Positions 19,586 through 29,474 of a stretch of DNA of 60,670 nucleotides are shown one piece after another. Origin of the DNA: Desulfuromonadales bacterium (GTDB lineage: Bacteria; Desulfobacterota; Desulfuromonadia; Desulfuromonadales; UBA2197); the NCBI GenBank assembly GCA_014859605.1, contig JACUTW010000005.1, forward strand, positions 1 to 60,670, written 5' to 3'. Below the pieces are notes generated by a model, which made no database searches, was not told the DNA's origin, and saw nothing but the letters and a program-made list of their open reading frames with translations. A program made the translations under genes and the position numbers. How positions within the stretch are numbered: the first letter of the stretch is position 1; every line of letters begins with the position of its first letter.

Positions 19586-20806
19586 ATGAAGAAAAAGCTG
19601 TTGCTTGCGGATGACAGTGTAACGATTCAAAAAGTGGTTCAAATTACCTTTTCACATGATGATTACGATTTGACCGTTGTTGATAATGGTGACATTGCTT
19701 ACGAAAAGGCCCGTGCGCAACGACCTGATCTTATTCTTGCCGATGTCTTTATGCCGGGCAAGAATGGCTATGAACTCTGTGCTGCCGTCAAGAGTGATCC
19801 GACACTGGCGACGGTTCCGGTCCTTTTGTTGACCGGGACTTTCGAGCCCTTTGACGAAGCAAAAGCCCGGTCGGTGGGCGCTGACCGCTGGATCGCCAAG
19901 CCCTTTGAGTCTCAGGCGTTGATCGCCTGTGTTGATGAGCTTTTGACACGGGTCGTGCCGGCGCCGGTTGTTGCTCCTCAGGTCGCGACCCCTGCTCCTG
20001 CTCCTGTCGAGGTTGCTCTGCCGGAACTTTCCAGTGATCTGCCCGATGATATCTGGGGGAGTGAGTTTGTTGCTGAGGAAGTTGTTGGTAGCGACGAATT
20101 CCCCCCGCTCGATGCCTTCGCCGCGACGAGCCAGGATGATTTGTGGGATGTCAGCGGCTTTGAGACAGAACCAGTCGCCGCGGTTGCCGGGACTGATGAT
20201 CTTTGGGGCAATTTTGATGCGCCGCCTACAGTTGACCTCTCCCCTGCTCCGGCTGTGGTTGGCAGTTCGGATGATTCCTGGGAGAGTGAGGACTTTTCTT
20301 CGTCCTTTGCCGGAGTTGACACCAATATCTCGGCGGCGTTTGATTCGGTTGTCGAAGAAGTGCCGCTTGCCGACGAAGTAGAGGTTCTCGAAGAGATCGA
20401 TCTGCTCGAACCGGCAGCCAATGCAACGGCTGATATCGTGCTGGAAGACTCTTTTGACGCGGAGAGCTTCTCCTTTGCAGAAGAGATGGTTGAAGCTGAA
20501 GAGGTCGCGGCTGCTGATGTCTGGAGTGAGCCCGTTCCGACCCCCTCGATTGCCACGCCGCTGCCGCTCCCCACGCCTCCTGTCGTGCCACCGTATCCCG
20601 TTGCCGGTGCAGGGGACGCCGTCGCTCCTGCAGCGCTCAGTGATGCCCAGCTGGAGTCGATCGTCGAGCGGGTTGCGGACGTGGTTATTTCCCGACTCGC
20701 CGGGACGCTATTGGAAAAGATTGCCTGGGAGGTCGTTCCCGATCTGGCGGAGACGATGATCAAGGAAGAGCTGCGCAAGATTCGTGAGTCGGTTGCCGCC
20801 GACTAG
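19586..20806 (+). CDS. RomR-like response regulator (REC, long acidic/Pro-rich linker, conserved C-terminal helix)
   Basis: Receiver LLADDS...ADVFMPG..GYELC...KPF; about 230 aa D/E/P/A-rich linker; C-terminal EKIAWEVVPDLAETMIKEEL as recalled for RomR; lies upstream of valS. Confidence 0.8.
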   Translation: MKKKLLLADDSVTIQKVVQITFSHDDYDLTVVDNGDIAYEKARAQRPDLILADVFMPGKNGYELCAAVKSDPTLATVPVLLLTGTFEPFDEAKARSVGADRWIAKPFESQALIACVDELLTRVVPAPVVAPQVATPAPAPVEVALPELSSDLPDDIWGSEFVAEEVVGSDEFPPLDAFAATSQDDLWDVSGFETEPVAAVAGTDDLWGNFDAPPTVDLSPAPAVVGSSDDSWESEDFSSSFAGVDTNISAAFDSVVEEVPLADEVEVLEEIDLLEPAANATADIVLEDSFDAESFSFAEEMVEAEEVAAADVWSEPVPTPSIATPLPLPTPPVVPPYPVAGAGDAVAPAALSDAQLESIVERVADVVISRLAGTLLEKIAWEVVPDLAETMIKEELRKIRESVAAD

Positions 20807-20837
20807 GAAAACACAGCAGATTCGCATAAGTGAAAGT

Positions 20838-20868
20838 ATGGGGATTGCGAAATCCCCATTTTTTATTT
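20838..20868 (+). terminator. Intrinsic terminator after the RomR-like gene
   Basis: ATGGGGATT-GCGA-AATCCCCAT (GNRA loop) followed by TTTTTATTT. Confidence 0.75.
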
Positions 20869-20909
20869 CCCGGCCCCATTAATTTAATAGATTCGACCAG
20901 GATAAAACG

Positions 20910-23585
20910 ATGACGATCGATCGCACCCTCGCTAAAGCCTATGAACCGCACGACGTTGAAAAGAGATGGTATGCCGCCTGGGAGAGTCAGGGCTGCTTTC
21001 ATGCCGAACTTAACAACGGCAAACCCTCCTACAGTATCGTCATTCCTCCGCCCAATGTCACCGGCGCCCTGCATATGGGGCATGCCCTCAACAATACTTT
21101 GCAGGATATCCTTTGTCGCTGGAAGCGGATGCAGGGATATAACGTGTTGTGGATGCCGGGAACCGATCATGCCGGCATCGCCACCCAAAACGTGGTTGAG
21201 CGCCAGTTGGCTGCTGCCGGGCAGGATCGTCACGACCTCGGTCGCGAAGACTTTATCAAGCGGGTCTGGCAATGGAAGGCCGAGTCCGGCGGGCAGATTA
21301 TCGGCCAGCTCAAGCGTCTCGGCGCCTCCTGCGACTGGGAGCGGGAACGCTTTACCATGGATGCCGGCCTTTCGACGGCGGTACGCACGGTCTTTGTCAA
21401 ACTCTACGAAGATGGACTGATCTACCGCGCCAACCGTTTGATCAACTGGTGCCCGCGCTGCCATACTGCCCTTTCCGATATCGAAGTCGAGCATGAAGAT
21501 GCCAAGGGGCACCTTTGGCATATCCGTTATCCGGTGGTCGGCGTGCCCGGTCGCTTCATCATTGTCGCCACCACCCGCCCCGAAACCATGCTCGGCGATA
21601 CCGCGGTTGCCGTTCATCCTGAAGATGAACGCTACGCCGATCTTGTCGGCCAGCATGTCCGTCTCCCCCTGATCGATCGGGAGATTCCGGTCATTGCCGA
21701 CGCCTACGTCGACGGCGCCTTCGGCACTGGCGTCGTCAAGATCACTCCCGCCCATGATTTCAATGACTTTGAAGTCGGACAGCGGCACGGTCTCGATCAG
21801 ATCAACATCCTTGACGAATCGGGCAATATCAACGCCGCCGGACGCCAGTATGAAGGGATGGAGCGCTTTGCCGCCCGGACGAAGATTGTCGCCGATCTTG
21901 ACGCTTTGGGCCTCCTCGAAAAGATCGACGAACATGCCCTCTCCATCGGCGGTTGTTATCGTTGCAAGACGGTCGTCGAACCCTATCTCTCTCTGCAATG
22001 GTACGTTAAGACCGGCCCCCTGGCGGAACGCGCCTTGGCGGCGGTGCGGGCAGGGGAGACGCGCATCCTCCCCGAGCAGTGGGAGAAGAACTACTACGAG
22101 TGGATGGAGAATATCCACGACTGGTGCATCTCCCGGCAGATCTGGTGGGGACATCGCATCCCGGCCTGGTATTGCGATCACTGCGGCGCGGTGACAGTGG
22201 CGATGGACGAGCCGGCGCATTGCTGCCAATGCGGCAGTGACGAGCTCCGCCAGGAGACGGACGTTCTCGATACCTGGTTCTCCTCGGCCCTTTGGCCCTT
22301 CTCGACCATGGGCTGGCCGGAAAAGACCGCCGAGCTCGCCGCTTTTTACCCGACCTCCTGTCTGGTCACCGGTTTTGACATCCTCTTCTTCTGGGTGGCA
22401 CGGATGATGATGACGGGGCTGCACTTTATGGACAAAGTGCCGTTCAAGGAGGTCTATATCCATGCCCTGGTTCGCGATGCGCATGGCCAGAAGATGAGTA
22501 AGAGCAAGGGGAACGTCATCGATCCCCTGGTGATTATCGACGAATACGGCGCCGATGCTTTCCGTTTTACTCTCACCGCCTTTGCGGCGATGGGGCGCGA
22601 CATCAAGCTTGCCACCGAGCGCATTGCCGGCTACCGCGCTTTTGCCAATAAACTCTGGAATGCCGCCCGCTTTACCCTGATGAACCTCGAAGGGTTCACT
22701 CCAGCTCACGAGGGCTTAAGCGGACTCACTCTCTCCCTCCCTGATCAGTGGATCCTCAAGCGCCTGTCGCAGACCGCCGAGCAGGTCAATGTCGCCCTTG
22801 TGGAATACAAGTTTAATGAGGTCGCCTCCCTCCTTTACGCTTTTACCTGGAACGATTTCTGCGACTGGTACATTGAACTGGTGAAAGATGACCTCTACGG
22901 CAGTGATGCCGTTGCCAAGCTCCGGGCCCAGACCGTCCTCTACACTGTCCTGGAAGCGTTGTTGCGCCTTCTTCATCCCCTTATGCCCTTTATCACTGAA
23001 GAAATCTGGCAAAGCCTGCCCGGTACGCGGCCGACATCCACGATTATGTACGCTCCTTATCCTGATGGCGGTGGCTATATTTTCGATGCCGCCAGTGCCG
23101 CGCAGATGGAGCAGATTATGGAGGTTATCCGGGCAATTCGCAATATTCGCGGCGAGATGGATGTCAACCCCGGTCGCCAGATCAGTGTGGTTTTCGATTG
23201 CCGCAATGAAGGGGATTTGGCGGTCACCCGTGTCGGCGAGCGTTATATCCGCACCCTCGCCCGCGTCAAAGAGCAACTCGGTGCCATCAATGTCGCTCGA
23301 CCGGAGCAGGTCGCGACCCAGGTGGCGGGCGGGATCGAAATTCTCGTGCCCCTGGCCGGGCTGATCGATGTTGCTGCTGAAATCGAGCGCCTCGGCAAAG
23401 AGATTGCCAAAGTCCGGAAGGATGTCGAGATGTTCGAGAAGAAGCTCGGCAACGAAGCCTTTGTTGCGCGTGCCCCGGCGGAGGTGTTGGAGAAGGATCG
23501 CGCCAAACTGTCCGATGCCACCGAGAAACTGGCCATCCTTAATGCCAGCTTGGCAAAGATTCAGGAGCTGAAACCGAGTCGATGA
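20910..23585 (+). CDS. valS: Valyl-tRNA synthetase
   Basis: PPPNVTGALHMGH, DHAGIATQ, TTRPET, DWCISRQIWWGH, DVLDTWFSS, KMSKS, C-terminal coiled-coil arm. Confidence 0.98.
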   Translation: MTIDRTLAKAYEPHDVEKRWYAAWESQGCFHAELNNGKPSYSIVIPPPNVTGALHMGHALNNTLQDILCRWKRMQGYNVLWMPGTDHAGIATQNVVERQLAAAGQDRHDLGREDFIKRVWQWKAESGGQIIGQLKRLGASCDWERERFTMDAGLSTAVRTVFVKLYEDGLIYRANRLINWCPRCHTALSDIEVEHEDAKGHLWHIRYPVVGVPGRFIIVATTRPETMLGDTAVAVHPEDERYADLVGQHVRLPLIDREIPVIADAYVDGAFGTGVVKITPAHDFNDFEVGQRHGLDQINILDESGNINAAGRQYEGMERFAARTKIVADLDALGLLEKIDEHALSIGGCYRCKTVVEPYLSLQWYVKTGPLAERALAAVRAGETRILPEQWEKNYYEWMENIHDWCISRQIWWGHRIPAWYCDHCGAVTVAMDEPAHCCQCGSDELRQETDVLDTWFSSALWPFSTMGWPEKTAELAAFYPTSCLVTGFDILFFWVARMMMTGLHFMDKVPFKEVYIHALVRDAHGQKMSKSKGNVIDPLVIIDEYGADAFRFTLTAFAAMGRDIKLATERIAGYRAFANKLWNAARFTLMNLEGFTPAHEGLSGLTLSLPDQWILKRLSQTAEQVNVALVEYKFNEVASLLYAFTWNDFCDWYIELVKDDLYGSDAVAKLRAQTVLYTVLEALLRLLHPLMPFITEEIWQSLPGTRPTSTIMYAPYPDGGGYIFDAASAAQMEQIMEVIRAIRNIRGEMDVNPGRQISVVFDCRNEGDLAVTRVGERYIRTLARVKEQLGAINVARPEQVATQVAGGIEILVPLAGLIDVAAEIERLGKEIAKVRKDVEMFEKKLGNEAFVARAPAEVLEKDRAKLSDATEKLAILNASLAKIQELKPSR

Positions 23586-24655
23586 AAATCACCGGGACGA
23601 TGCCGCAGTCGATCCTGATCATTCGCCCCAGCGCCATGGGTGATATCATCATGGCTTCGCCGATGCTCGCCACTCTGCGCCGGGCTTACCCGCAGGCGCG
23701 GATTTGTTGGCTGGTGGAGCCGGGTTTTGCAGATCTCCTGCGGCATCATGGCGATCTTGATGAACTCATCCTTTGGCCTAAAGGGGAATGGCACCGACTT
23801 GCCCGGGAAAAACGCTATGTTGAACTCGCGCGCCGGGTTGTGGCCCTGCGTCGGCAGCTGCGCAGTCACCGTTTTGATCTCGCCATTGATGCCGTCGGTC
23901 TGATCAAGAGCCGCTTTCTCTTGTGGCTCAGCGGTGCCCGGCAAACGATCGGTTTTGTCTCCAAGGAACCCGGCGCTTTTCTCCTTCATCGTAAGGTTGT
24001 CAAGAGCAAGGATGATCCGGCGATGAGTTCGGAATACCGGGAGATGATGGTTGCCCTCGGCCTGGATCCTGGTTCCTTTGTGCCGAAGGTTGTGGTAGCC
24101 CCGGAAGATCGGGCCATTGCGCGGCAGCTTCTTTCCAGTCTTGGTGTTGGCAGCGATTATTTCGTCTTTGCCCCTTTTACGACACGGCCCCAAAAACACT
24201 GGTTCGATGAGCGCTGGGCGCTCCTGACCGGGGCATTGGTCGATAAATTTAGTAAACCAGTGATTATCCTTGGCGGGCCGGGAGACGCGGCGCGCGGCGC
24301 AGAGATCGCCCGGCAGAGTGACCACGCCCAGGTTCACAGTCTCTGTGGGCGGACAACCCTCGGGGAGAGTGCGGCGATTATTGAAGACGCGGCACTGCTG
24401 ATCGGGGTCGATACCGGTTTGACCCACATGGGGACCGCTTTTGCCATTCCGACGCTTGCTCTCTTTGGCGCCACCTGTCCTTATCGTACAACTGCGTCGC
24501 CGCGCACCCGGGTCCTTTACGATGCACCCGCCTGTTCCCCCTGTCGCCGTAAGCCGACTTGTCATGGTCAATTCGATTGCATGCGCGCTTTGACGGTCGA
24601 AAAGATCGTTGCGGCGGCCACGACTCTCCTCGATGAAGAGCGCGAGACCCCATGA
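23582..24655 (+). CDS. Glycosyltransferase family 9 (LPS heptosyltransferase-like)
   Basis: ILIIRPSAMGDII...P...LR..YP.A.I.W, KHW..ERW, G.TTL.E, GVDTGLTH, ALFGAT, CSPC..KPTC. True start may be a later ATG (MPQSILII). Confidence 0.9.
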   Translation: MKITGTMPQSILIIRPSAMGDIIMASPMLATLRRAYPQARICWLVEPGFADLLRHHGDLDELILWPKGEWHRLAREKRYVELARRVVALRRQLRSHRFDLAIDAVGLIKSRFLLWLSGARQTIGFVSKEPGAFLLHRKVVKSKDDPAMSSEYREMMVALGLDPGSFVPKVVVAPEDRAIARQLLSSLGVGSDYFVFAPFTTRPQKHWFDERWALLTGALVDKFSKPVIILGGPGDAARGAEIARQSDHAQVHSLCGRTTLGESAAIIEDAALLIGVDTGLTHMGTAFAIPTLALFGATCPYRTTASPRTRVLYDAPACSPCRRKPTCHGQFDCMRALTVEKIVAAATTLLDEERETP

Positions 24656-25731
24656 AAATTCTCCATATCGAAACCGGCCGTCATCTTTATGGTGGCGCGC
24701 TGCAGGTCTTTTATCTGCTGCGCGGTTTGCACGCAGCCGGGATCGAAAATATCCTCGTCTGCGCGCCTGGCAGTGAGATCGGTCACAAATGTTCGGAGAT
24801 TGCGACCGTCGTCGAGCTCCCCACTATCGGCGATATCGATCCCCGTCTCCTGGTCGGTCTCTGTCAGACCATCCGGCACCATCGTCCCGATATCGTCCAT
24901 GCCCATTCCCGCCGTGGCGCCGATTGGTGGGGAGGGGTGGCGGCGCAACTCTGCGGCGTGAAGTCGGTATTGACCCGGCGCGTCGATAACCCCGAGAGTG
25001 CGCTGCTGGTTCGTCTTAAGTACAATCGCTTCGATCGGGTGGTGACGATCTCTGAGGGGATTCGTCAAGTCCTCCTCAGCGAAGGGGTGGCGGAAAAAAA
25101 TCTAGAGTTGATCCACAGCGTCGTCGATCTTGAACAGTATAACTGCCCGGCGGATCGTTCCTGGTTTGAACGGGAGTTTTCTCTCCCTCCCGGCGAAAAA
25201 ACCGTAGCGATTATTGCCCAGTTAATCGAGCGTAAAGGGCATCGCTTCCTGTTGGCCGGGGCGGAAAAGATCCTGGCGGCTGTGCCGAATCTACGCTTTA
25301 TCTTCTTCGGCCAGGGGCCAGGGCGCCAAGAACTCGAAGCGGAATGTCAAGCGCGCGGTCTGGCCGAAAGAGTGATCTTTGCCGGCTTTCGTGATGACCT
25401 GCCCCGGGTTCTGCCCAATCTCGATCTGATTGTCCATCCGGCTTTGATGGAAGGGCTCGGCGTCTCGCTGCTGCAAGCTGCCGCTGCCGGTCGACCGATG
25501 ATCGGCGCCCGCGCCGGCGGGATTCCCGAGATCATTCGTGATGGCGTCAACGGCTATCTGGTGCCGCCGGCAGAAGTCGCGCTCTTGGCGGAAAAGACCA
25601 TTGAGCTCTTGTCCAATCGCGAACTTGCCCAAACTTTTGGTGCCAACGGGAGAGCCCTTGTCGAAAAGGAATTTTCCATCCCGGCGATGATCTCCAGTTA
25701 TCAGAGGCTTTATGCACAACTTTTGCGTTAA
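24652..25731 (+). CDS. Glycosyltransferase family 4
   Basis: MKILHI...GG, DIVHAHS, KGH, GFRDD, EGLGVSLLQA...G.P.I....GGIPE.I.DG.NG; ATGA overlap with the GT9 gene. Confidence 0.9.
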   Translation: MKILHIETGRHLYGGALQVFYLLRGLHAAGIENILVCAPGSEIGHKCSEIATVVELPTIGDIDPRLLVGLCQTIRHHRPDIVHAHSRRGADWWGGVAAQLCGVKSVLTRRVDNPESALLVRLKYNRFDRVVTISEGIRQVLLSEGVAEKNLELIHSVVDLEQYNCPADRSWFEREFSLPPGEKTVAIIAQLIERKGHRFLLAGAEKILAAVPNLRFIFFGQGPGRQELEAECQARGLAERVIFAGFRDDLPRVLPNLDLIVHPALMEGLGVSLLQAAAAGRPMIGARAGGIPEIIRDGVNGYLVPPAEVALLAEKTIELLSNRELAQTFGANGRALVEKEFSIPAMISSYQRLYAQLLR

Positions 25732-26449
25732 GCTTATTCTCCTCTGTCTGTTTCTGGCAGGGATGAGCGCCTGCACTGCCAAGGGGGGCTATCAGGTACA
25801 GGTGCATGAAAGTGCCGCGACCAGGAGCTTGAAAGGACACCAGAAACCTTATTCGGTTAATGGTCAGCTTTATCAGCCGCTGCAAGATCATCGCGGCTAT
25901 GTGGAAGAAGGGATCGCGAGTTGGTACGGCCCGGATTTCCATGGCAAAGCGACGAGCTGCGGTGAAATTTATGACATGAATGCCATGACCTCGGCCCACA
26001 AGATCCTGCCGATGGGGACAAAGCTGCGCGTCACTAACCTGCGCAATCATCGGACGATTGAAGTTCGGGTCAATGACCGCGGCCCCTTTGTCAAGAGCCG
26101 GATTATCGACCTGTCTTATGCCGCTGCCAAAGAGCTCGACATTGTCGCCAGCGGCACCGCGCCGGTTCGCATTGAGTCCATCTCCGGTCACGATCTAAAA
26201 ATTATTATGGGCCCCTTTACCGTTCAAGTCGGGGCTTTTACCAATCCGGATAATGCCTACCGTCTCGCCAGCCAACTGGAAAAGCGCTACGGTTCCTCTT
26301 CGGTGCAGCGCGGCTGGGTCAATGGCACCCTTTTTTATCGCGTCCGCGTCGGGAGTTACCCGCAGTTCGATGACGCCGAGGCGGTTCGTATCGACTTTGA
26401 AAAGAATGGCACCCCCGCTGCTTTTATCGTGGCTCTGGATAAAAGCTAG
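25712..26449 (+). CDS. rlpA: Septal ring lytic transglycosylase RlpA lipoprotein with SPOR domain
   Basis: Lipobox MSAC; GIASWYG..FHGK.TS.GE.YDM.AMT.AHK.LP, VRVNDRGPF..SRIIDLS; C-terminal SPOR (VQVGAF...YRVRVG). Confidence 0.93.
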   Translation: MHNFCVKLILLCLFLAGMSACTAKGGYQVQVHESAATRSLKGHQKPYSVNGQLYQPLQDHRGYVEEGIASWYGPDFHGKATSCGEIYDMNAMTSAHKILPMGTKLRVTNLRNHRTIEVRVNDRGPFVKSRIIDLSYAAAKELDIVASGTAPVRIESISGHDLKIIMGPFTVQVGAFTNPDNAYRLASQLEKRYGSSSVQRGWVNGTLFYRVRVGSYPQFDDAEAVRIDFEKNGTPAAFIVALDKS

Positions 26450-26459
26450 GTCAAATCGA

Positions 26460-26494
26460 CCACCCCCAGCCCCTCCTTAAAAAAAGGTGGGGAG
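26460..26494 (-). repeat. REP-like palindrome, same family as 674-711
   Basis: Reverse complement CTCCCCACCTTTTTTTAAGGAGGGGCTGGGGGTGG closely matches 674-711. Confidence 0.7.
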
Positions 26495-26519
26495 CTAAGG
26501 ATTGAATCCGGAGATGGTT

Positions 26520-27956
26520 ATGTTCCAACGCGGATGCAAAAGACTCGGGGTAATCTTCCTCTTCCTGCTTTTAGCCGGCTGTTCGATTTCGTCGACGTTC
26601 CAGCCTTATCCCCACAAAATTGCCCCCTTGCAGCAACAACTCAGCCGCCCTTCGCCCTCCGTCGATCTCTTGTCCAGCTTCAAAAGAGAAAGACGCGGCA
26701 GTGACAAAATCCTTTACAATCTTGAACATGGCCGGGCCGCCCAACTCCTTGGGCAGACTGCAATCAGTCGTAACGATTTTTCTGTAGCGATTGCCGCTAT
26801 TCGCAGTCATGAAGAGCGGGCGTTGGTCAGTGCCAGTCATATTGGCGCTTCACTGGCGTCTTTTGCTACGAATGATAATGCCCTGCCTTATGTGGGGGAA
26901 GGGTATGAACGGGTTCTCCTCCACCATTATCAAGCCCTCAATTATCTCCTTGAAGCCGATCTGACCGGGGCCGGGGTCGAGTTTCGCTGGGCGAATGCCG
27001 AGCAGCAGGAAGCCCTCAATCGTCACGCCAAAGAGTTGGATCGGGCCGAGAAAGAGGCGCAAAAGAAGGGTGTTGGAAACCCGGCGGAGAATAATGAGTA
27101 TCAACGCCGTTATGCGCAACTCGACGAAGTCGCCGGCCGGCTCAAGAACTCTTTTCAGAATGCCTACTCCTTTTATCTCTCCGGGGTGGTTTATGAACTG
27201 CAGGGAGAAGAGAACGACGCTTATATCGCTTACAAGAAGGCGTTGGAGATCTATCCAGAGAATAGTTATGTGCAGCGGGATGTTATGCGTCTGGCGCGGA
27301 AACTGCGTATGGATGACGATCTGACGGCTCTTGCCAAACGCTTCCCGGCCCTTTACAATGCGACAGCGGTTGCAGAGAAGAAAGACGGGGGAGAACTCAT
27401 CCTCCTGTATGAAGAGAATTTTGTCCCGTCCCGCGAAGAGATCAAAATTCCTTTCTTTGTCCCCGGTGGCCTCGTCACTCTCGCCTTTCCTTACTATCGT
27501 GGACCGTGGCGCGACTATCGCCCCCTTGAAGTCATTACCGGCAATGTTGCCGCGGGGCAGACGGAATTGCTTTGTGATGTGCGGGGGTTAGCGGTCAAAT
27601 CACTGCAGGAGAAGATGCCGGTTCTTCTCGCTCGTCAGTTGGTCCGGGCGGTCAGTAAGGTTGTGGCGCAAAGAGCCGCGAAAGAAAAACTCGGTCCCTT
27701 TGGCGAGTTGGGGATGATGGTGTACTCGGTGGTCAGTGAGAATGCCGACCTGCGCAGTTGGTTGACTCTGCCGGAGAATGTGCAGATTTTCCGGATCAAC
27801 CTGCCGGTCGGAGAGCAGCGCTTGCGTTTGCAGTCACCGCACAGTGCGCTCGGAACCGAGATCGCTGTTGACGTCAAAAGCGGCGGAAAGACGATCGTTT
27901 ACGCGGTCAAGACTGGAAATCAGTTTCACACGGCAACAGTTTCCTTTGAAAAGTAG
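26520..27956 (+). CDS. COG3014-like TPR-containing lipoprotein
   Basis: Lipobox LLAGC; NDNA.PY.GE.YE..LLH.YQALNYL, KNSFQNAY..YLSG.VYE, A.I.YKKALEI, ADLRSWLTLP. Start at ATG 26520 after GGAG. Confidence 0.75.
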   Translation: MFQRGCKRLGVIFLFLLLAGCSISSTFQPYPHKIAPLQQQLSRPSPSVDLLSSFKRERRGSDKILYNLEHGRAAQLLGQTAISRNDFSVAIAAIRSHEERALVSASHIGASLASFATNDNALPYVGEGYERVLLHHYQALNYLLEADLTGAGVEFRWANAEQQEALNRHAKELDRAEKEAQKKGVGNPAENNEYQRRYAQLDEVAGRLKNSFQNAYSFYLSGVVYELQGEENDAYIAYKKALEIYPENSYVQRDVMRLARKLRMDDDLTALAKRFPALYNATAVAEKKDGGELILLYEENFVPSREEIKIPFFVPGGLVTLAFPYYRGPWRDYRPLEVITGNVAAGQTELLCDVRGLAVKSLQEKMPVLLARQLVRAVSKVVAQRAAKEKLGPFGELGMMVYSVVSENADLRSWLTLPENVQIFRINLPVGEQRLRLQSPHSALGTEIAVDVKSGGKTIVYAVKTGNQFHTATVSFEK

Positions 27957-28011
27957 GGGCGCTGACCAAGGCGTTTCCTTTGGTTTTATCGGTTACGACA
28001 GGAGAAAGACG

Positions 28012-29004
28012 ATGCAGAAGAAGATCTTGACGTTGCTGATCATGGCTTTATTCCTGCCGCTGCTCGTTGGCGCTGCGGAGCTTTCCCAGAATGAGAAAGA
28101 TACGATCTTTATTGACGCAGTACGGATACCACCGTCGCTGCTTGAAAAAGCCCGACGCGACAATACAAACCTGGCTTTACAACGGGCCGCTGCAACCTTG
28201 GAGGCCGCGTTTACCAATGCCCTGAGCGCGACCCGGGTCTTCCAGTTAGTCGAGCGGCAGGAATTGGCAACGCTGGGACAGGAACAGGAATTGACCGACG
28301 GCGGCATGGTCGATGCCGAGTACCCCCATGCCGCCAGATTCGGGCGGCTGCACGGGGCGAAATTCGTCCTTATCCCCACTCTTGATGCTTTTGAAGAGCT
28401 CACAACAAGCAAACGCTATAGCGCCAGCGGGCGTTCCGATATCACCCGTACCCACTTCTTTTCAGCCACAATCCGGATTGTCGATACCAGGGCCGGAACA
28501 CTCCTCCCGGAGGCACCGAGCGTGCAACGCAAAGAGAGCGAGGTCCTGCGCAATATCAGAGAGGATCAGGCCGGAAGCGGCGAAGAGTTCCGCGTCACCC
28601 AGGTGAAAGAATTGGCCCGGCAGCTGGCTCAAGAAGCCGTGGCGATGCTGCGGCCGGCGAAGGTTCTGAAGGTCTCCGGCAAGCAGATCCTCATCAATCG
28701 CGGCCTTGAAGCCGGTTTTAGTCTCGGCGATCAGGTCGAGATCTTTGCCATCGAGAATGTTCGCGACGAAGAGAGTGGCGAAACCTATCGCAATGAGATT
28801 CCCGTCGGTCAGGCCGAGATCATCCGCATTGACAAAAAGCAAAGTTTTGCCATGATTAACGGTGATGACCTTGGTATTACTACCGGGGGGATCGTCAAAA
28901 TCTTTCGGGCTGCCAACGCCGGAAGTCAAAGCGATAAAGATCTCCCTCCCCCCGTCCTTGAAACGCCCGGTTCCAGCGAAAAACCACTGAAGTGGATCGA
29001 CTAA
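28012..29004 (+). CDS. Exported CsgG/HfaB-like domain plus FlgT-C-like beta domain protein
   Basis: Signal peptide from ATG 28012 (AGGAG RBS); L..TRVFQLVERQEL..L.QEQ.L...G.VD...A..GRL.GA; C-terminal AKVLKV....ILINRG...G...GD. Confidence 0.65.
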   Translation: MQKKILTLLIMALFLPLLVGAAELSQNEKDTIFIDAVRIPPSLLEKARRDNTNLALQRAAATLEAAFTNALSATRVFQLVERQELATLGQEQELTDGGMVDAEYPHAARFGRLHGAKFVLIPTLDAFEELTTSKRYSASGRSDITRTHFFSATIRIVDTRAGTLLPEAPSVQRKESEVLRNIREDQAGSGEEFRVTQVKELARQLAQEAVAMLRPAKVLKVSGKQILINRGLEAGFSLGDQVEIFAIENVRDEESGETYRNEIPVGQAEIIRIDKKQSFAMINGDDLGITTGGIVKIFRAANAGSQSDKDLPPPVLETPGSSEKPLKWID

Positions 29005-29018
29005 ACGGAGGTAACCCC

Positions 29019-29444
29019 ATGCAATTACTCAAACTCGCAGCACTGCTGATCGTGGGAATGGTAGCATTGTCCGGTTGTTCGGCGACATCCGGCGCCGAAG
29101 GACGCGCCAAGGTCGGCTGGACAGATGACGGCGCGCCGCTGCTCAACACCAAGGTCGTTTACAACAGCTCCAATCTGTCGCGCAAAGTCGCGATAGAAGA
29201 GATGACCAGCTCCAAAGCCGGAGATATGCTCCTGGCGCAAGTGACGATGCGCTCTAAAGCCGGGGATACCCTCAACCTCCAGTACAAATTTGAGTGGTTC
29301 GATCTTAATGGTCTCGCCCTCAACGCTGCATCGGCGACCTGGAAACCGTTGATCATTTACGGCAAAGAGAGCAAGACCATCCAGGGACTTGCCCCGGATC
29401 CCCGCGGCCGTGATTACAAGCTGCTGCTGCGCGACGCGGATTAA
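29019..29444 (+). CDS. YcfL/DUF1425-family lipoprotein
   Basis: Lipobox LSGC; LQYKFEWFD.NG......W..L.I.G.E...IQ..AP.P; GGAGG RBS. Confidence 0.75.
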   Translation: MQLLKLAALLIVGMVALSGCSATSGAEGRAKVGWTDDGAPLLNTKVVYNSSNLSRKVAIEEMTSSKAGDMLLAQVTMRSKAGDTLNLQYKFEWFDLNGLALNAASATWKPLIIYGKESKTIQGLAPDPRGRDYKLLLRDAD

Positions 29445-29474
29445 ATTAATTACCCGACGATAGGAGAACACCAA

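Noticed and set aside
20807-20909. T-box riboswitch upstream of valS
   Set aside because: The region is about 100 bp, too short for stem I, and has no TGGNACC T-box sequence before the terminator.
27778-28011. N-terminal extensions in the ORF track (also 4307-4393, 7011-7082, 19143-19253, 35192-35224, 57782-57847)
   Set aside because: Downstream starts have clear RBS motifs, restore signal peptides or family-typical N-termini, and avoid long overlaps.
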